Of a stretch of DNA of 64,000 nucleotides, positions 30,072 through 39,890 are shown one piece after another. The notes beneath the pieces are model-generated. The model was not told the origin of the DNA. It saw only the letters and a program-made list of their open reading frames with translations, and searched no databases. The number at the start of each line of letters is the position of its first letter. Position 1 is the stretch's first letter. The position numbers and the translations under genes were made by a program. The DNA is from Cenarchaeum sp. Its GTDB lineage: Archaea > Thermoproteota > Nitrososphaeria > Nitrososphaerales > Nitrosopumilaceae. Location of the stretch: assembly GCA_965212015.1 (NCBI GenBank), contig OZ243037.1, positions 1,504,001 to 1,568,000 of the forward strand. Direction: 5' to 3'.

Positions 30072-32516
30072 CTATGCCTTTCTGCATTTCTTGCATTTTG
30101 CAGGCAACGTATCGCCTCCCGCCTCCAGATATTCAACCAATACCTCATCTGATCCCTCGACCCCAAATATTGCCCTGATGGACTCGAGCCCTTCTGCCAC
30201 ATCTCCGCACTGTACACATGTGCGCGCATAGGCATCATCCGGCTCGTCCTCCTCGAGATCTACCTCCGGCTCCTCGGGCTCTGCATCCGGATTATCTGCA
30301 CCCCAGCTCTTCCAGTACGGCCGGTATATCTTCCATCCCAGCTCCACGTCATCACCTGATCCGCGCAGCTGGAAATTATCATCAATGTCCACCAGCAGGA
30401 CATCCTCTGTCCCCCCGCTCTTTGTGCCCCTCATCCCTCGCCCGATCATCTGCGTGTACAGTAGGGTGCTCTTTATGGGCCTACCAACAAAGACACAGTC
30501 CACGTTTGGCGCATCAAAGCCGGTGGTCAGCACGTCAAAGTTGCACAATACCTCCAGGTCTCCAGAACGGAACAACTCAATGGCATTCACCCGGGAATCA
30601 AGGTCCATTTTAGAGTCGACATACCTTACCCTGATCCCGTATAGCGTCTTGAGATACATGGCAATCTGCCTGGAATGCTCGACGCTGCACCCAAAGAACA
30701 GTATCTTTTTCTTGCCAGTCTCTTTCAGGCCGTGTATCTCTTGTATGATGAGCTTGTTTCTCTCAAAGTTCCTGCCAATCTCCTTTAGGGTGTTTTTCCG
30801 GAATTCGCCAAACTGGTTCATGTGCTTTATGTCATCCTCGCCGAGCATGATTCTGTCGGACTGGAGTATTTTGTGGTATACGTCGCAGAGAATCTTTCGC
30901 CGTATAAGCTTGTGGTACAGGTGCTTTTGCTGCTCCTCGGGCATAACGGGCACCTCAGAAGGCCGCTCCAAAATCTCAATGTGCGTGCTTGACGTGTTTG
31001 TGTCTCCGTCGTTGGCAGTAACAGTAAGGGATATCCTGTACTCTCCGGGCTCGGGGAACCGGAATGTCACGTTCTTTGTCCTCTCAAACCTCCACACTTT
31101 TCCGGCGGCCTTTTTGCCCCGGGATATCTTCCAGTTATAGTCATCCTCTCTGATAAAGCCGTCCCTATAGTATGATCTTTTCCCTAGGATTCGAACATCC
31201 TCGTCTGCATGCGCAAACATCTGGCAGTCGATTATCGCGTGCGGATCAAAGTTGTCGGCCCCGTCATAGTGCGAGATGCTCGGAAAGAACACTCCCGCAT
31301 ACCGCCTTTTGAGCCGCTCGGTCTCCTCATTGTTGCCGCGGCCCTTGAACGGCGTGGCAGTAAGGCCGATTAGTATCACGCCCATCTCAGAGATCTCTTT
31401 TTTCCTATTGTCCCAGTTGAATCCCATCTTTCTGAGCGTGTCAGAGTATGACTGGCCCGTGGAGTGGTGCGCCTCATCCATTATTATACAGGATGTTAGC
31501 CTGCCGAGTGTTTCCAGCTGCGAGGGATCCCGCTTGTAGATCTTGTGAAGCGACTGGATGGTGGCGACAATGACGCCCTTTTCGTCGAACAGCTCGTCCA
31601 TTTCAAGGCTGGGCAGCTCGCCGCCCTGGCCCCAGAACCTGTGAAGCCGCAGCGTGGTCCCGCGCCTGCCAGACGACTCAAAGACGCTCCGAAAGGTGCT
31701 AAAGGCCTGCTCGCAGAGCTCGCCGGACTGGGCTATCCACAGGATGAATTTTGAGTTGCTCTGCTGCTCGTTTTTGGATTTTTTTCCGCCGTTGAGCCAC
31801 TCTATTAACGTCTCGACTATCATGCGCGTCTTGCCAGAACCGGTGGGGACTGCAATCAGCTTTCGCTTTACCTCGCGGCCGCTCTCGTCAAGCTCTTCAC
31901 CCTCCAGCATCCTTGTGAGGACCATCCCCGTGGAATTCTGATAGTCGTATAACGGGTTTAGCTGTACGTGGGGCTCTATAACCTCGGTGTCCGGCAGGTG
32001 CTCGACGTGCTCCTTTTCTGCCACGGCAGGCGGCAGTCCCAGTATACCTGCCAGTCCGCCGCACAGCTTGTTGGCCGGATCCAGGGCTATCACACCGTTA
32101 ATGTCCTTGATTGCCGCCGCCCTGCCGGCACTGACGGAGGATTTTACCATGTCCAGTATGTCATCCTTGTGGACGAGTTTTTTGTCGATTACGGTGTTTA
32201 GTATCAGATCCAGGAACAGGCGGCGCTTTACGGGGTCGTTCTCGATGTTTCTTAGAAACCGCACCCCCACGCTGTCAAAGAGAATCTCGGCCAGCCTGCC
32301 AGAGTTTGATATTTTCTGGGCGTCGTGGCCAGAAAACATGCCCAGAATGCTCGGGTTGACTCTGGACAGGATGGAGGATAGCTCTTCGATCTCCCACCAT
32401 TCCCGGAATTTTTCAATGCACGATTCCTTTATGGTCTTTGCGCCGTCCTTTGGGTTTTTGGACATATCTGTCATGTCTGAGACGGGCGAATTTATTAACT
32501 CTTCAGAGTGCGTCAT
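30072..32516 (-). CDS. SF2 DEAH (ResIII/SSL2-like) helicase with PKD-like insert and C-terminal CxxC..CxxC
   Basis: PTGSGKT, DEAHH, LTATP, LTTGFDAP, QMIGRGMRG; insert Y.W...F.FPEPGEYRISLTVTANDG. Confidence 0.88.
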   Translation of the reverse strand: MTHSEELINSPVSDMTDMSKNPKDGAKTIKESCIEKFREWWEIEELSSILSRVNPSILGMFSGHDAQKISNSGRLAEILFDSVGVRFLRNIENDPVKRRLFLDLILNTVIDKKLVHKDDILDMVKSSVSAGRAAAIKDINGVIALDPANKLCGGLAGILGLPPAVAEKEHVEHLPDTEVIEPHVQLNPLYDYQNSTGMVLTRMLEGEELDESGREVKRKLIAVPTGSGKTRMIVETLIEWLNGGKKSKNEQQSNSKFILWIAQSGELCEQAFSTFRSVFESSGRRGTTLRLHRFWGQGGELPSLEMDELFDEKGVIVATIQSLHKIYKRDPSQLETLGRLTSCIIMDEAHHSTGQSYSDTLRKMGFNWDNRKKEISEMGVILIGLTATPFKGRGNNEETERLKRRYAGVFFPSISHYDGADNFDPHAIIDCQMFAHADEDVRILGKRSYYRDGFIREDDYNWKISRGKKAAGKVWRFERTKNVTFRFPEPGEYRISLTVTANDGDTNTSSTHIEILERPSEVPVMPEEQQKHLYHKLIRRKILCDVYHKILQSDRIMLGEDDIKHMNQFGEFRKNTLKEIGRNFERNKLIIQEIHGLKETGKKKILFFGCSVEHSRQIAMYLKTLYGIRVRYVDSKMDLDSRVNAIELFRSGDLEVLCNFDVLTTGFDAPNVDCVFVGRPIKSTLLYTQMIGRGMRGTKSGGTEDVLLVDIDDNFQLRGSGDDVELGWKIYRPYWKSWGADNPDAEPEEPEVDLEEDEPDDAYARTCVQCGDVAEGLESIRAIFGVEGSDEVLVEYLEAGGDTLPAKCKKCRKA

Positions 32517-32685
32517 GTCTGCTCTGTGGATTCAGGTTTGAGGGGATTGATCGCAGTTTGAAGAGCCGGATCTAACTTGAGGATTTGGCCGTATTCGGAC
32601 CCATTATTTTGGTTCAGACCTGCAGAATATGGCCCACACACGTGATGGATCATGTTTTTATAAATAGCGAACAATTAAACAAGTG

Positions 32686-32970
32686 ATGAAAATGAATGAA
32701 GCGATTTTAAGCGATTTTATCGACATGATTTTGAAGCAAAATAGCGTCCAACCATACGCGATTTTTTTTGATAGTAATTATGGAGATGATGAGGACATGA
32801 TCTGTAGTTTCTTCAGTTTTCTGGTATCTAGATGTATAATTAGATATGCTCCAAGATACGTCAGTCATGGAGTATATGTATTCTCAAACCCTGGACGTAT
32901 TATCATGAAAGACAAGAAAAAAAGAAATAGCTTTCTTAAAGACTTTATGAATTTTTATGATTCGCCTTGA
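32686..32970 (+). CDS. hypothetical protein
   Basis: 94-aa ORF after a TTTATAAA box near 32657. Confidence 0.45.
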   Translation: MKMNEAILSDFIDMILKQNSVQPYAIFFDSNYGDDEDMICSFFSFLVSRCIIRYAPRYVSHGVYVFSNPGRIIMKDKKKRNSFLKDFMNFYDSP

Positions 32971-33009
32971 TCACGTTAAGTTTTTATTCCTGTCCTGTAA
33001 TGTGATATT

Positions 33010-33663
33010 ATGACAATGACGAATCAAGAACTACTTCCAAATTCGATAGATTTGCTTTTAAGGCGATATTTCTACAGGGAAAAATCACAAGATAGCCAAA
33101 CAGATTATAAAACAAAAATTAAACAAGAAGCCATTTTTCCAATATTCGAAAATAAATCGAAGAATATTATCCAAGAATCTGACATAACAAAATTCATAGG
33201 ATGTTGTGAAATGTTCAAGACTTTTTATTCACATGAGCAGAATTTTGAAAAAACAACACGATTGTCTTTGGAAACATATGATATGTGCATCATGAAAATT
33301 GATCAATTTGGCATGTCAGAAGAAAATAAAAATGATTTACATCATATCCGAAATATATTAAAAGATTATACATCAAACATTGCATATATTTTTAATAGAA
33401 AGAAAAAACTTGAAAATATATTTGAGCGATTTGATTATGAGGATTTTAAAAAATCCCTTTATGGCAGCTTGCTTGTTTTTATTTGTGCAATGATTATAAT
33501 ATCAGAACCATCTAGGAAGATTGATCCTGATATTCTAACACATTTAATAAAAAAAGGAATTGTTTTTGCAACTGATCTTAATTCCTATGTAGATACAATT
33601 GATATTCTAACAAATCCTGAAGAATTAGCACTTTTAGAAGAGTCAGAGTCAGATGTAAAGTGA
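33010..33663 (+). CDS. hypothetical protein ending in an antitoxin-like acidic tail
   Basis: C-terminus DTIDILTNPEELALLEESESDVK; 4 nt upstream of the RelE-like gene. Confidence 0.65.
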   Translation: MTMTNQELLPNSIDLLLRRYFYREKSQDSQTDYKTKIKQEAIFPIFENKSKNIIQESDITKFIGCCEMFKTFYSHEQNFEKTTRLSLETYDMCIMKIDQFGMSEENKNDLHHIRNILKDYTSNIAYIFNRKKKLENIFERFDYEDFKKSLYGSLLVFICAMIIISEPSRKIDPDILTHLIKKGIVFATDLNSYVDTIDILTNPEELALLEESESDVK

Positions 33664-33667
33664 TATA

Positions 33668-33958
33668 ATGCAGGATGAAGAAATTTTCAAATTGAATCCT
33701 ACAAGACAATATGAAAAATGTAGGAAAAAATTAGATGATCATCTTATAACTGATTTAGATAACAAATTAGTTGAACTTGTAAAAAAACCAGATTCCACAT
33801 TAGCAACACCTCTTAAAGGTAATCTTTCTGGGAGATATGCAATAAGATTTGGTAAAAATACTCATAGATTGATAATCAGGATCAAATGGAATTCCAAATC
33901 TATCATATTACTTTATTTGGCTGCTCGAGCTGTCGTGTATAACGGAAAAATGTGGTAA
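33668..33958 (+). CDS. RelE/ParE-family toxin
   Basis: 96 aa, basic; PLKGNLSGRYAIRFG..HRLI...R..VY. Confidence 0.85.
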   Translation: MQDEEIFKLNPTRQYEKCRKKLDDHLITDLDNKLVELVKKPDSTLATPLKGNLSGRYAIRFGKNTHRLIIRIKWNSKSIILLYLAARAVVYNGKMW

Positions 33959-34016
33959 AATATAATTATAAGTCATTGTTTTGTCAACCCAATAAACCCA
34001 ACGAGAAATAAACGTA

Positions 34017-34319
34017 TTGTCTCCAATACATAATTTAAATTGGTATTTTGGAAGAGACATCCAAGTATATCAAGAGGCATCAGGATCCCTAAATATCAAA
34101 AAGATAGGGAGGTTTGTTTCATACATACTTGCAAGATCAGAATCCACCAATATAGAATACTGTATGCAGCACAATATAAGGAAAAATGGCCTGAGCAAAT
34201 TCAAGACAGATTTCATGCTTGATGAAAAGCATTATTCTATCTTACTAGATAGATGGAAGTCCCTCTTGGAAATTAACGGCGACATGGTAAAAGTGACTTC
34301 AAAACAGATACAGGATTAG
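34017..34319 (+). pseudogene. hypothetical ORF or gene fragment
   Basis: 100-aa ORF with TTG start and no recognisable motif. Confidence 0.3.
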
Positions 34320-34620
34320 GATCATTGCTACTGGAGCAGACATCAGAGTATGCCAAACGACTGGCATCACGGGAAAACTGCCTAAAATCTGACGATCCAA
34401 ATCCTTTCCGCGCCGTCCAGAGACTGCTTTTTGCCAGATATTGGACATGGTCGACGGCCCACCAATAGCCATTCCATTGATGTCTGCATCAATTTGACCA
34501 AATCATAGTCTCGTTCAGAGGATTTCGCCGTATGCTGAAAGATGAGAAATACTGTAAATTGGACTAATTTCGCAGTAAAAAGGCGATCCAGTTATATATT
34601 TCATGTATAATTTGTGATAT

Positions 34621-35463
34621 ATGTATGTCACAAAACCTACACAGAATATACGCAAGGGACTATCAGACAGGGAGGCCATGACGTTGTGCAGTCTGGCCAC
34701 AAAAGGCAAGTCCATCATAAGATACGATGACATCATAAATGTCACACAGATATCCTATCAAAACGCAAGAAAGATGGCACAGATACTGTGCAAAAAGAAA
34801 TGGCTCATACCGGTATCGGCCGGCAAGTATCTAATCTCGCCGCTTGATGCGGGATTGGAATCCGAGTATACGGAGCACGAGTTTATCATAGCGTCCCATC
34901 TTGCCGGCAAGAGGCCGTCATATATCGCATACTGGACTGCATTGAATCATTACGGGTATACGGAGCAGCTTCCACTTGTAGTCATGTCTGCTACCACGTC
35001 CAGAATGCCAAATACCGTCGTACATGGGGTAAGATACGAATTTGTCACCATAACCGGGACAAAATTCTTTGGTACGAGTAATCTTTTCATAGATAACCAC
35101 AAGATATTGATCTCCGACAAGGAAAAAACAATGGTCGATGCGCTGGATCATCCCGAATATTGCGGCGGTATACAAGAGGTGGCAAAATGCCTGTGGAATG
35201 CAAGGGACGAACTATTATTTGAAAAGATGATAACATACTCAAAACAGGCAAAAAACAGCACCGTTATCAAAAGGTTGGGATATCTGGTTGATCTTTTTGA
35301 TATGAAAATTCCGGATCACCTGTATCATAAAATGCGTAATATGATTGGTGCGGGATATTCCCAGTTTAACCCCTTTTACATAACGAGCAGAAAAACAAAC
35401 TCCAAATGGAAATTATATGTGAACGTTCCTGAAAATCAACTATTTGAGGAAATCAACAGGTGA
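34621..35463 (+). CDS. abiEi: type IV TA antitoxin AbiEi-family transcriptional regulator
   Basis: N-terminal wHTH, SYIAYWTALNHYGYTEQLP, KFFG, SDKEKTMVD, KRLGYL. Confidence 0.88.
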   Translation: MYVTKPTQNIRKGLSDREAMTLCSLATKGKSIIRYDDIINVTQISYQNARKMAQILCKKKWLIPVSAGKYLISPLDAGLESEYTEHEFIIASHLAGKRPSYIAYWTALNHYGYTEQLPLVVMSATTSRMPNTVVHGVRYEFVTITGTKFFGTSNLFIDNHKILISDKEKTMVDALDHPEYCGGIQEVAKCLWNARDELLFEKMITYSKQAKNSTVIKRLGYLVDLFDMKIPDHLYHKMRNMIGAGYSQFNPFYITSRKTNSKWKLYVNVPENQLFEEINR

Positions 35464-36272
35464 TTGAGTTCCTTACAAAAAAACAAGTACAAATATTGGC
35501 AAAACAAAGGGAAAAATCTGCGGGTGTAATTGAAAAGGACTATGCAATGGAATGGCTTTTATATGGAATTTATCACGCGGATTCAAAAATCAAGGATGGC
35601 GTGATCTTCAAGGGTGGAACCGCATTAAATAAGGTATTCTATCCCAACACATGGAGATTGTCTGAGGATTTAGATTTTACTATATTGCCAGATACCGATG
35701 TTAAAGCCATAATGTCCGGATTTAACAAAGTTTGTGAAATGCTGGAAAAGAAAAGTGGGATCAGATATGAGGCCAATATGAATGCGTCAAGCAGCCAAAG
35801 AGCAATATTTGGATCCATTCATTTTACAGGTCCGTTGAACATGAAAAATAAGATAGAAGTCGATATATCGCTGATCGAAAAAATGGCAGATCCCGCCTCA
35901 ACACAGACCGTGACTGCATCCTACGAGGATCTAGAAAATTTTACGGTAAACTCTTATACAATCAACGAGATATTGTCCGAAAAGATTCGCAGCACGATGC
36001 AGCGCATAAAGGCGAGGGACTATTATGACGTATGGAGAATGCTCGAGAAAGGACACGGTTTTGACACGGAGCTGATCGGATGCATGGTAAGGCAGAAATG
36101 CACAATAAACGAGATAGAATATGACCCGGCAAAAATCCTCGATCCCGTCAACGTGCACGAATTAAAGAAATACTGGCAAAGGGGACTGGGACGACTAGTA
36201 GAGAAAATCCCTGATCCGGATGCGGTTTTTGGCGATCTGCAAAGGATGCTCGCATTCCTGCCTGCAAGATAA
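35460..36272 (+). CDS. abiEii: type IV TA toxin AbiEii nucleotidyltransferase
   Basis: EKDY, FKGGTAL, RLSEDLDF, EKIR, KARDYYD; GTGA overlap. Confidence 0.92.
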   Translation: MIEFLTKKQVQILAKQREKSAGVIEKDYAMEWLLYGIYHADSKIKDGVIFKGGTALNKVFYPNTWRLSEDLDFTILPDTDVKAIMSGFNKVCEMLEKKSGIRYEANMNASSSQRAIFGSIHFTGPLNMKNKIEVDISLIEKMADPASTQTVTASYEDLENFTVNSYTINEILSEKIRSTMQRIKARDYYDVWRMLEKGHGFDTELIGCMVRQKCTINEIEYDPAKILDPVNVHELKKYWQRGLGRLVEKIPDPDAVFGDLQRMLAFLPAR

Positions 36273-36353
36273 AACGGGCCAATTCCGCCCCATCACGCCT
36301 GTATGCGCAGAGTATTTGTTAGCTTTTTAACAAACGGCATCATACAGAACAGA

Positions 36354-37133
36354 ATGAAACGCGGCGCAAAAATTGGCAAAAACACCACCATATCCAAATC
36401 CGTGACCATGCAGGACGGCGTAACCATCGGCGATAATGTCATCCTGGAGGGAAAGATCACGGTGGGCTCTGGAACCAGAATAGACCACGGCGTGATAATC
36501 CGCGGCACCGTGACAATGGGCAAGAACAACTGGATATACCCGTACTGTATAATGGGAACTGGACCCCTCCACATATCACACAAGGAAAAAGACATCCGTT
36601 CATCCATTAAAAAAAACCGCACAATTAAAATTGGAAACAATAATGTGATACGCGAATACACCTCGGTGCACCTGCCGATAACAAGACGCACCGTCATCGG
36701 CTCGGATTGTTACATAATGCCGTATTGCCACGTATCGCACGACTGCATCCTGCACGACGGTATAATACTCTCAAACAATACGATGCTTGGCGGCCACGTG
36801 GAGATATTTGAGCATGCAAACATTGGCTATGGCAACAACATACACCAGTATCGCAAGATCGGGGCATACTCGATGCTTGGAATGGGGGGAACAATAGTAA
36901 AGGACGTGCCACCGTTTGCACTCATAAACGGGCAGAAATTCACAAGGATAAACGATACGGGACTGCGGCGCAACAAGATAAAAAAGACAGAGATTGAAAA
37001 AATCAGGATCATACACGAGAACGGCCTTCCGCCAAAGGCCCCCAGGACATGGTACGAAAAAGAGATTGCACGATTTATGAAATCCTCAAAGAAACACTAT
37101 CTGCCGGCATTCGGCCCCACAAACGCAAAATAA
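36354..37133 (+). CDS. LpxA-like UDP-GlcNAc(3N) acyltransferase
   Basis: GNNNVIREYTSVH, HVSHDC, LGGHVEI, IHQY, KDVPPF, IN..GLRR. Confidence 0.85.
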   Translation: MKRGAKIGKNTTISKSVTMQDGVTIGDNVILEGKITVGSGTRIDHGVIIRGTVTMGKNNWIYPYCIMGTGPLHISHKEKDIRSSIKKNRTIKIGNNNVIREYTSVHLPITRRTVIGSDCYIMPYCHVSHDCILHDGIILSNNTMLGGHVEIFEHANIGYGNNIHQYRKIGAYSMLGMGGTIVKDVPPFALINGQKFTRINDTGLRRNKIKKTEIEKIRIIHENGLPPKAPRTWYEKEIARFMKSSKKHYLPAFGPTNAK

Positions 37134-37141
37134 CCACGCGC

Positions 37142-38227
37142 CTATCCCTTAAAGAATTTTTTGACCGTCCGTATTACCCTGTCGTGCTGCCTGTCTGTCA
37201 TTGAGGGAAACATTGGCAGGGACAGTATGTTCCTGGATAGGTCATTAGTGACTGGCAGCCTTGCAGAGTTGAATCTCTTGTACATGGGCTGTTTGTGGAT
37301 TGGAATCGAGTAAAACACCGCAGAATCCACCCCGTTTTCTAGCAGATGCGCCCTTAGCTTGTCCCTGTATTCCGTCCGGATGCTGTACTGGTGGTACACG
37401 TGGTGCGCCCATTTCTCCTCTACAGGCGTGCCCACAAATTCGGCAAGCTCTTTTGTGTATCTTTTTGCGATTCTCCGGCGAAGCCGGTTGTTTTTTCCCA
37501 GCTTCCCCAGCCGTGCGGAGCCGATTCCGGCCTGAATCTCATCAAGCCTGAAATTATACCCAAGAATGTCGTGGACGTACCGTGCAGTCTGGCCGTGATC
37601 GCGCAGGATTTTCACGCGCTCCCAGACGGGCCTTTTGTCGGTGGTGATCATTCCGCCGTCCCCGCAGACTGTGAGGTTTTTGGACGGATAAAAGCTAAAA
37701 CACGCAGCATCGCCCAGCCCGCCTACCGGCCTGCCAAAACACTCTGCGCCGTGGGCCTGCGCGGCATCCTCTATTACGGGTATCGCGCTCTTTCTTGCAA
37801 TCCTGGTTATCTGTCTCATGTCTGCCGGATGGCCAAACAGGTGCACCGGGACTATGGCCCTGGTCTTGCGCGAGATCTTTTCGCCGATTTTGGCGGGATC
37901 AATGGTATAGTTTTCCGGATTCACGTCTGCAAACACCGGCACGGCCCCGCACATGCTCACACTTGACGCAGTCGCGACAAAGGAGAACGACGGGACAATC
38001 ACCTCGTCGCCCCTTTTGACGCCAAGTCCCAGGAGCGCCATGAACAGGGCAGACGTCCCCGAGCTGCACGATGCGGCATATTTCGTGCCGCAAAGACTTG
38101 CAAATTTTTCCTCAAAGACTACTGCGCGTGGGCCGCCGACCCACCGTCCGGATTTTACCGCCGACACTGCGGCACTTATCGTGCCCCCATCAATGTCCAT
38201 CTTTGTCACGGGAATTTTCTTGTTCAT
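37142..38227 (-). CDS. DegT-family aminotransferase (GnnB/WbpE-like)
   Basis: SGTSAL, PVHLFG, EDAAQAHG, SFYPSKNL, GYNFRLDEIQA. Confidence 0.92.
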   Translation of the reverse strand: MNKKIPVTKMDIDGGTISAAVSAVKSGRWVGGPRAVVFEEKFASLCGTKYAASCSSGTSALFMALLGLGVKRGDEVIVPSFSFVATASSVSMCGAVPVFADVNPENYTIDPAKIGEKISRKTRAIVPVHLFGHPADMRQITRIARKSAIPVIEDAAQAHGAECFGRPVGGLGDAACFSFYPSKNLTVCGDGGMITTDKRPVWERVKILRDHGQTARYVHDILGYNFRLDEIQAGIGSARLGKLGKNNRLRRRIAKRYTKELAEFVGTPVEEKWAHHVYHQYSIRTEYRDKLRAHLLENGVDSAVFYSIPIHKQPMYKRFNSARLPVTNDLSRNILSLPMFPSMTDRQHDRVIRTVKKFFKG

Positions 38228-39156
38228 TTCAAATCCAGGTATATTGGCGTGCCCTTTTGGCTTGATAAAAGTGCCGCCTCTGCTATCCTTGTGACGTTTA
38301 CTGCGTGCTGCGGCGTGACGACGAGTTCGTTTCTTCCCTCCACTGCGCCAATAAAGCTCTGAATCTCCAGCAGCAACGGCTCCTGCCTCTTGTACTCGGG
38401 GATTGTCGTCTTGTCTGACTGCTTGATTCTTACCTCTTGTGATATAAAGTCCGACGAGAGTATGCCGTCCGTACATATTGCATCAAACGTGCGGATTCTG
38501 CCCGGGGTTATCCAGTTGGAGGATATTACGGCCATCCTGTTGCCGGCAAATCCCAGCATTATCGAGGCGAAATCCTCGTGGGTGTGCCTTATCTGTCCGG
38601 CACGCGCAAAGACCATCTCTGGCGTGCCGTCAAAGAGCCACATGGCAGTGTCAATGTCGTGGACCGACGTGTCATAGATTATTCCGACGTCCTGTATGTG
38701 GAGGGGCATCCTGTTTTCCCGGTGAAAATCAAGCATTATCAGCTTGCCGTATGTGCCGGAGTTTATGAGCTGCCTTACCCTGTCGACTGCCGGATTGAAC
38801 CGCTCAATGTACCCGCATGTCAGCAGGACGCCGTTTTTTCTGGCAAGGCCAAGCAGGGCGTCGCCGTCTTTTGACAGATACGTCATTGGCTTTTCAACAA
38901 AGACGTGTTTTTTTGCGCCAATCAGCCTGGAGGCAATCTCTGAATGGGTGGAGGTGGGCGTGCAAATGACGGCCGCATCATACTCCGAGTCCGGCATGTC
39001 GTCTAGCTTGGTATAGTGCGGGACTGAATATTTCTCCCCGTATTTTGCGCTAGTCCGGGGGTCGGCATCGCACACTGCTGCCAGCACGCCGAGCTGCGAG
39101 AGTATTCTTGCGTGGTTTTTGCCCCATCCGCCTGCCCCTATCTGGGCTATCCTCAT
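38224..39156 (-). CDS. Gfo/Idh/MocA oxidoreductase (GnnA/WbpB-like)
   Basis: GAGGWG, EKPM, ERFNPAV, DTSVHDID; ATGA overlap with the aminotransferase. Confidence 0.9.
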   Translation of the reverse strand: MRIAQIGAGGWGKNHARILSQLGVLAAVCDADPRTSAKYGEKYSVPHYTKLDDMPDSEYDAAVICTPTSTHSEIASRLIGAKKHVFVEKPMTYLSKDGDALLGLARKNGVLLTCGYIERFNPAVDRVRQLINSGTYGKLIMLDFHRENRMPLHIQDVGIIYDTSVHDIDTAMWLFDGTPEMVFARAGQIRHTHEDFASIMLGFAGNRMAVISSNWITPGRIRTFDAICTDGILSSDFISQEVRIKQSDKTTIPEYKRQEPLLLEIQSFIGAVEGRNELVVTPQHAVNVTRIAEAALLSSQKGTPIYLDLK

Positions 39157-39418
39157 CGGTGCTCCTCCGGCATGTTCATCTCACACGTGTGGCCTTTGGC
39201 GCCAATTTTAATCATATAGATACGTGTTTTTCGCACATTTTTTAACAATAGGCGGTCATTTCTGGTACAATTCACGCCTGTTATGACTTTATCGATTACA
39301 TTTTCGCCAAAACCTGGGGTTTTCCGATCCGACAGATCGGGCAATTCGGCTGGAATCATGGCAGGGTGGATTGTGAAAAAACACATGTTTTAGTACAAAT
39401 TAAACCTCAAAATTCAAC

Positions 39419-39622
39419 CTATGGGTTGCCTCTGTCTCTATGCACATCGCCCTGTCTGGCATAACTTATCTTGTGGGCAACGACATTTGGATCGCTATTC
39501 TTCATAATTTTTTCACACACGTCATCAAGTAGATTCCTCACCTTAGTTTCAGTATCACTCTCTACTTCGATTTCTAATCCCTTGGGGAACTTGACACTAA
39601 TTCGATTTGTCATACTGAGCAT
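39419..39622 (-). CDS. small hypothetical protein
   Basis: 67-aa ORF with ATG start. Confidence 0.4.
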   Translation of the reverse strand: MLSMTNRISVKFPKGLEIEVESDTETKVRNLLDDVCEKIMKNSDPNVVAHKISYARQGDVHRDRGNP

Positions 39623-39890
39623 CAGAATTTCTCTTATTAAAACTTATCCTTCAAATTAGCGTAATCGGTTAGGTTCAAGAGGATGTTTGGATCAACAGGC
39701 ACGGGATCTAATCGGTTACAAATTAGCATTCATCGATCAAAATCACACAGAAATGGGTACTGCCAACACATCCGGATAAGGATTCCTCCCAATTCAATTC
39801 CAACCCTCGGAATCACTATACCCATGCCTCTACAAACAGGCTCTATTGAAATTAACGCATATTTGGTAGAATTCATAGCTTTTCCTGTTT

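Noticed and set aside
30072-32516. Type III restriction-modification system
   Set aside because: No Mod methyltransferase adjacent and no recognisable nuclease domain
38228-38476. 83-aa N-terminal extension of the aminotransferase in the ORF track
   Set aside because: It overlaps the oxidoreductase gene; the ATGA-coupled start at 38227 is more plausible
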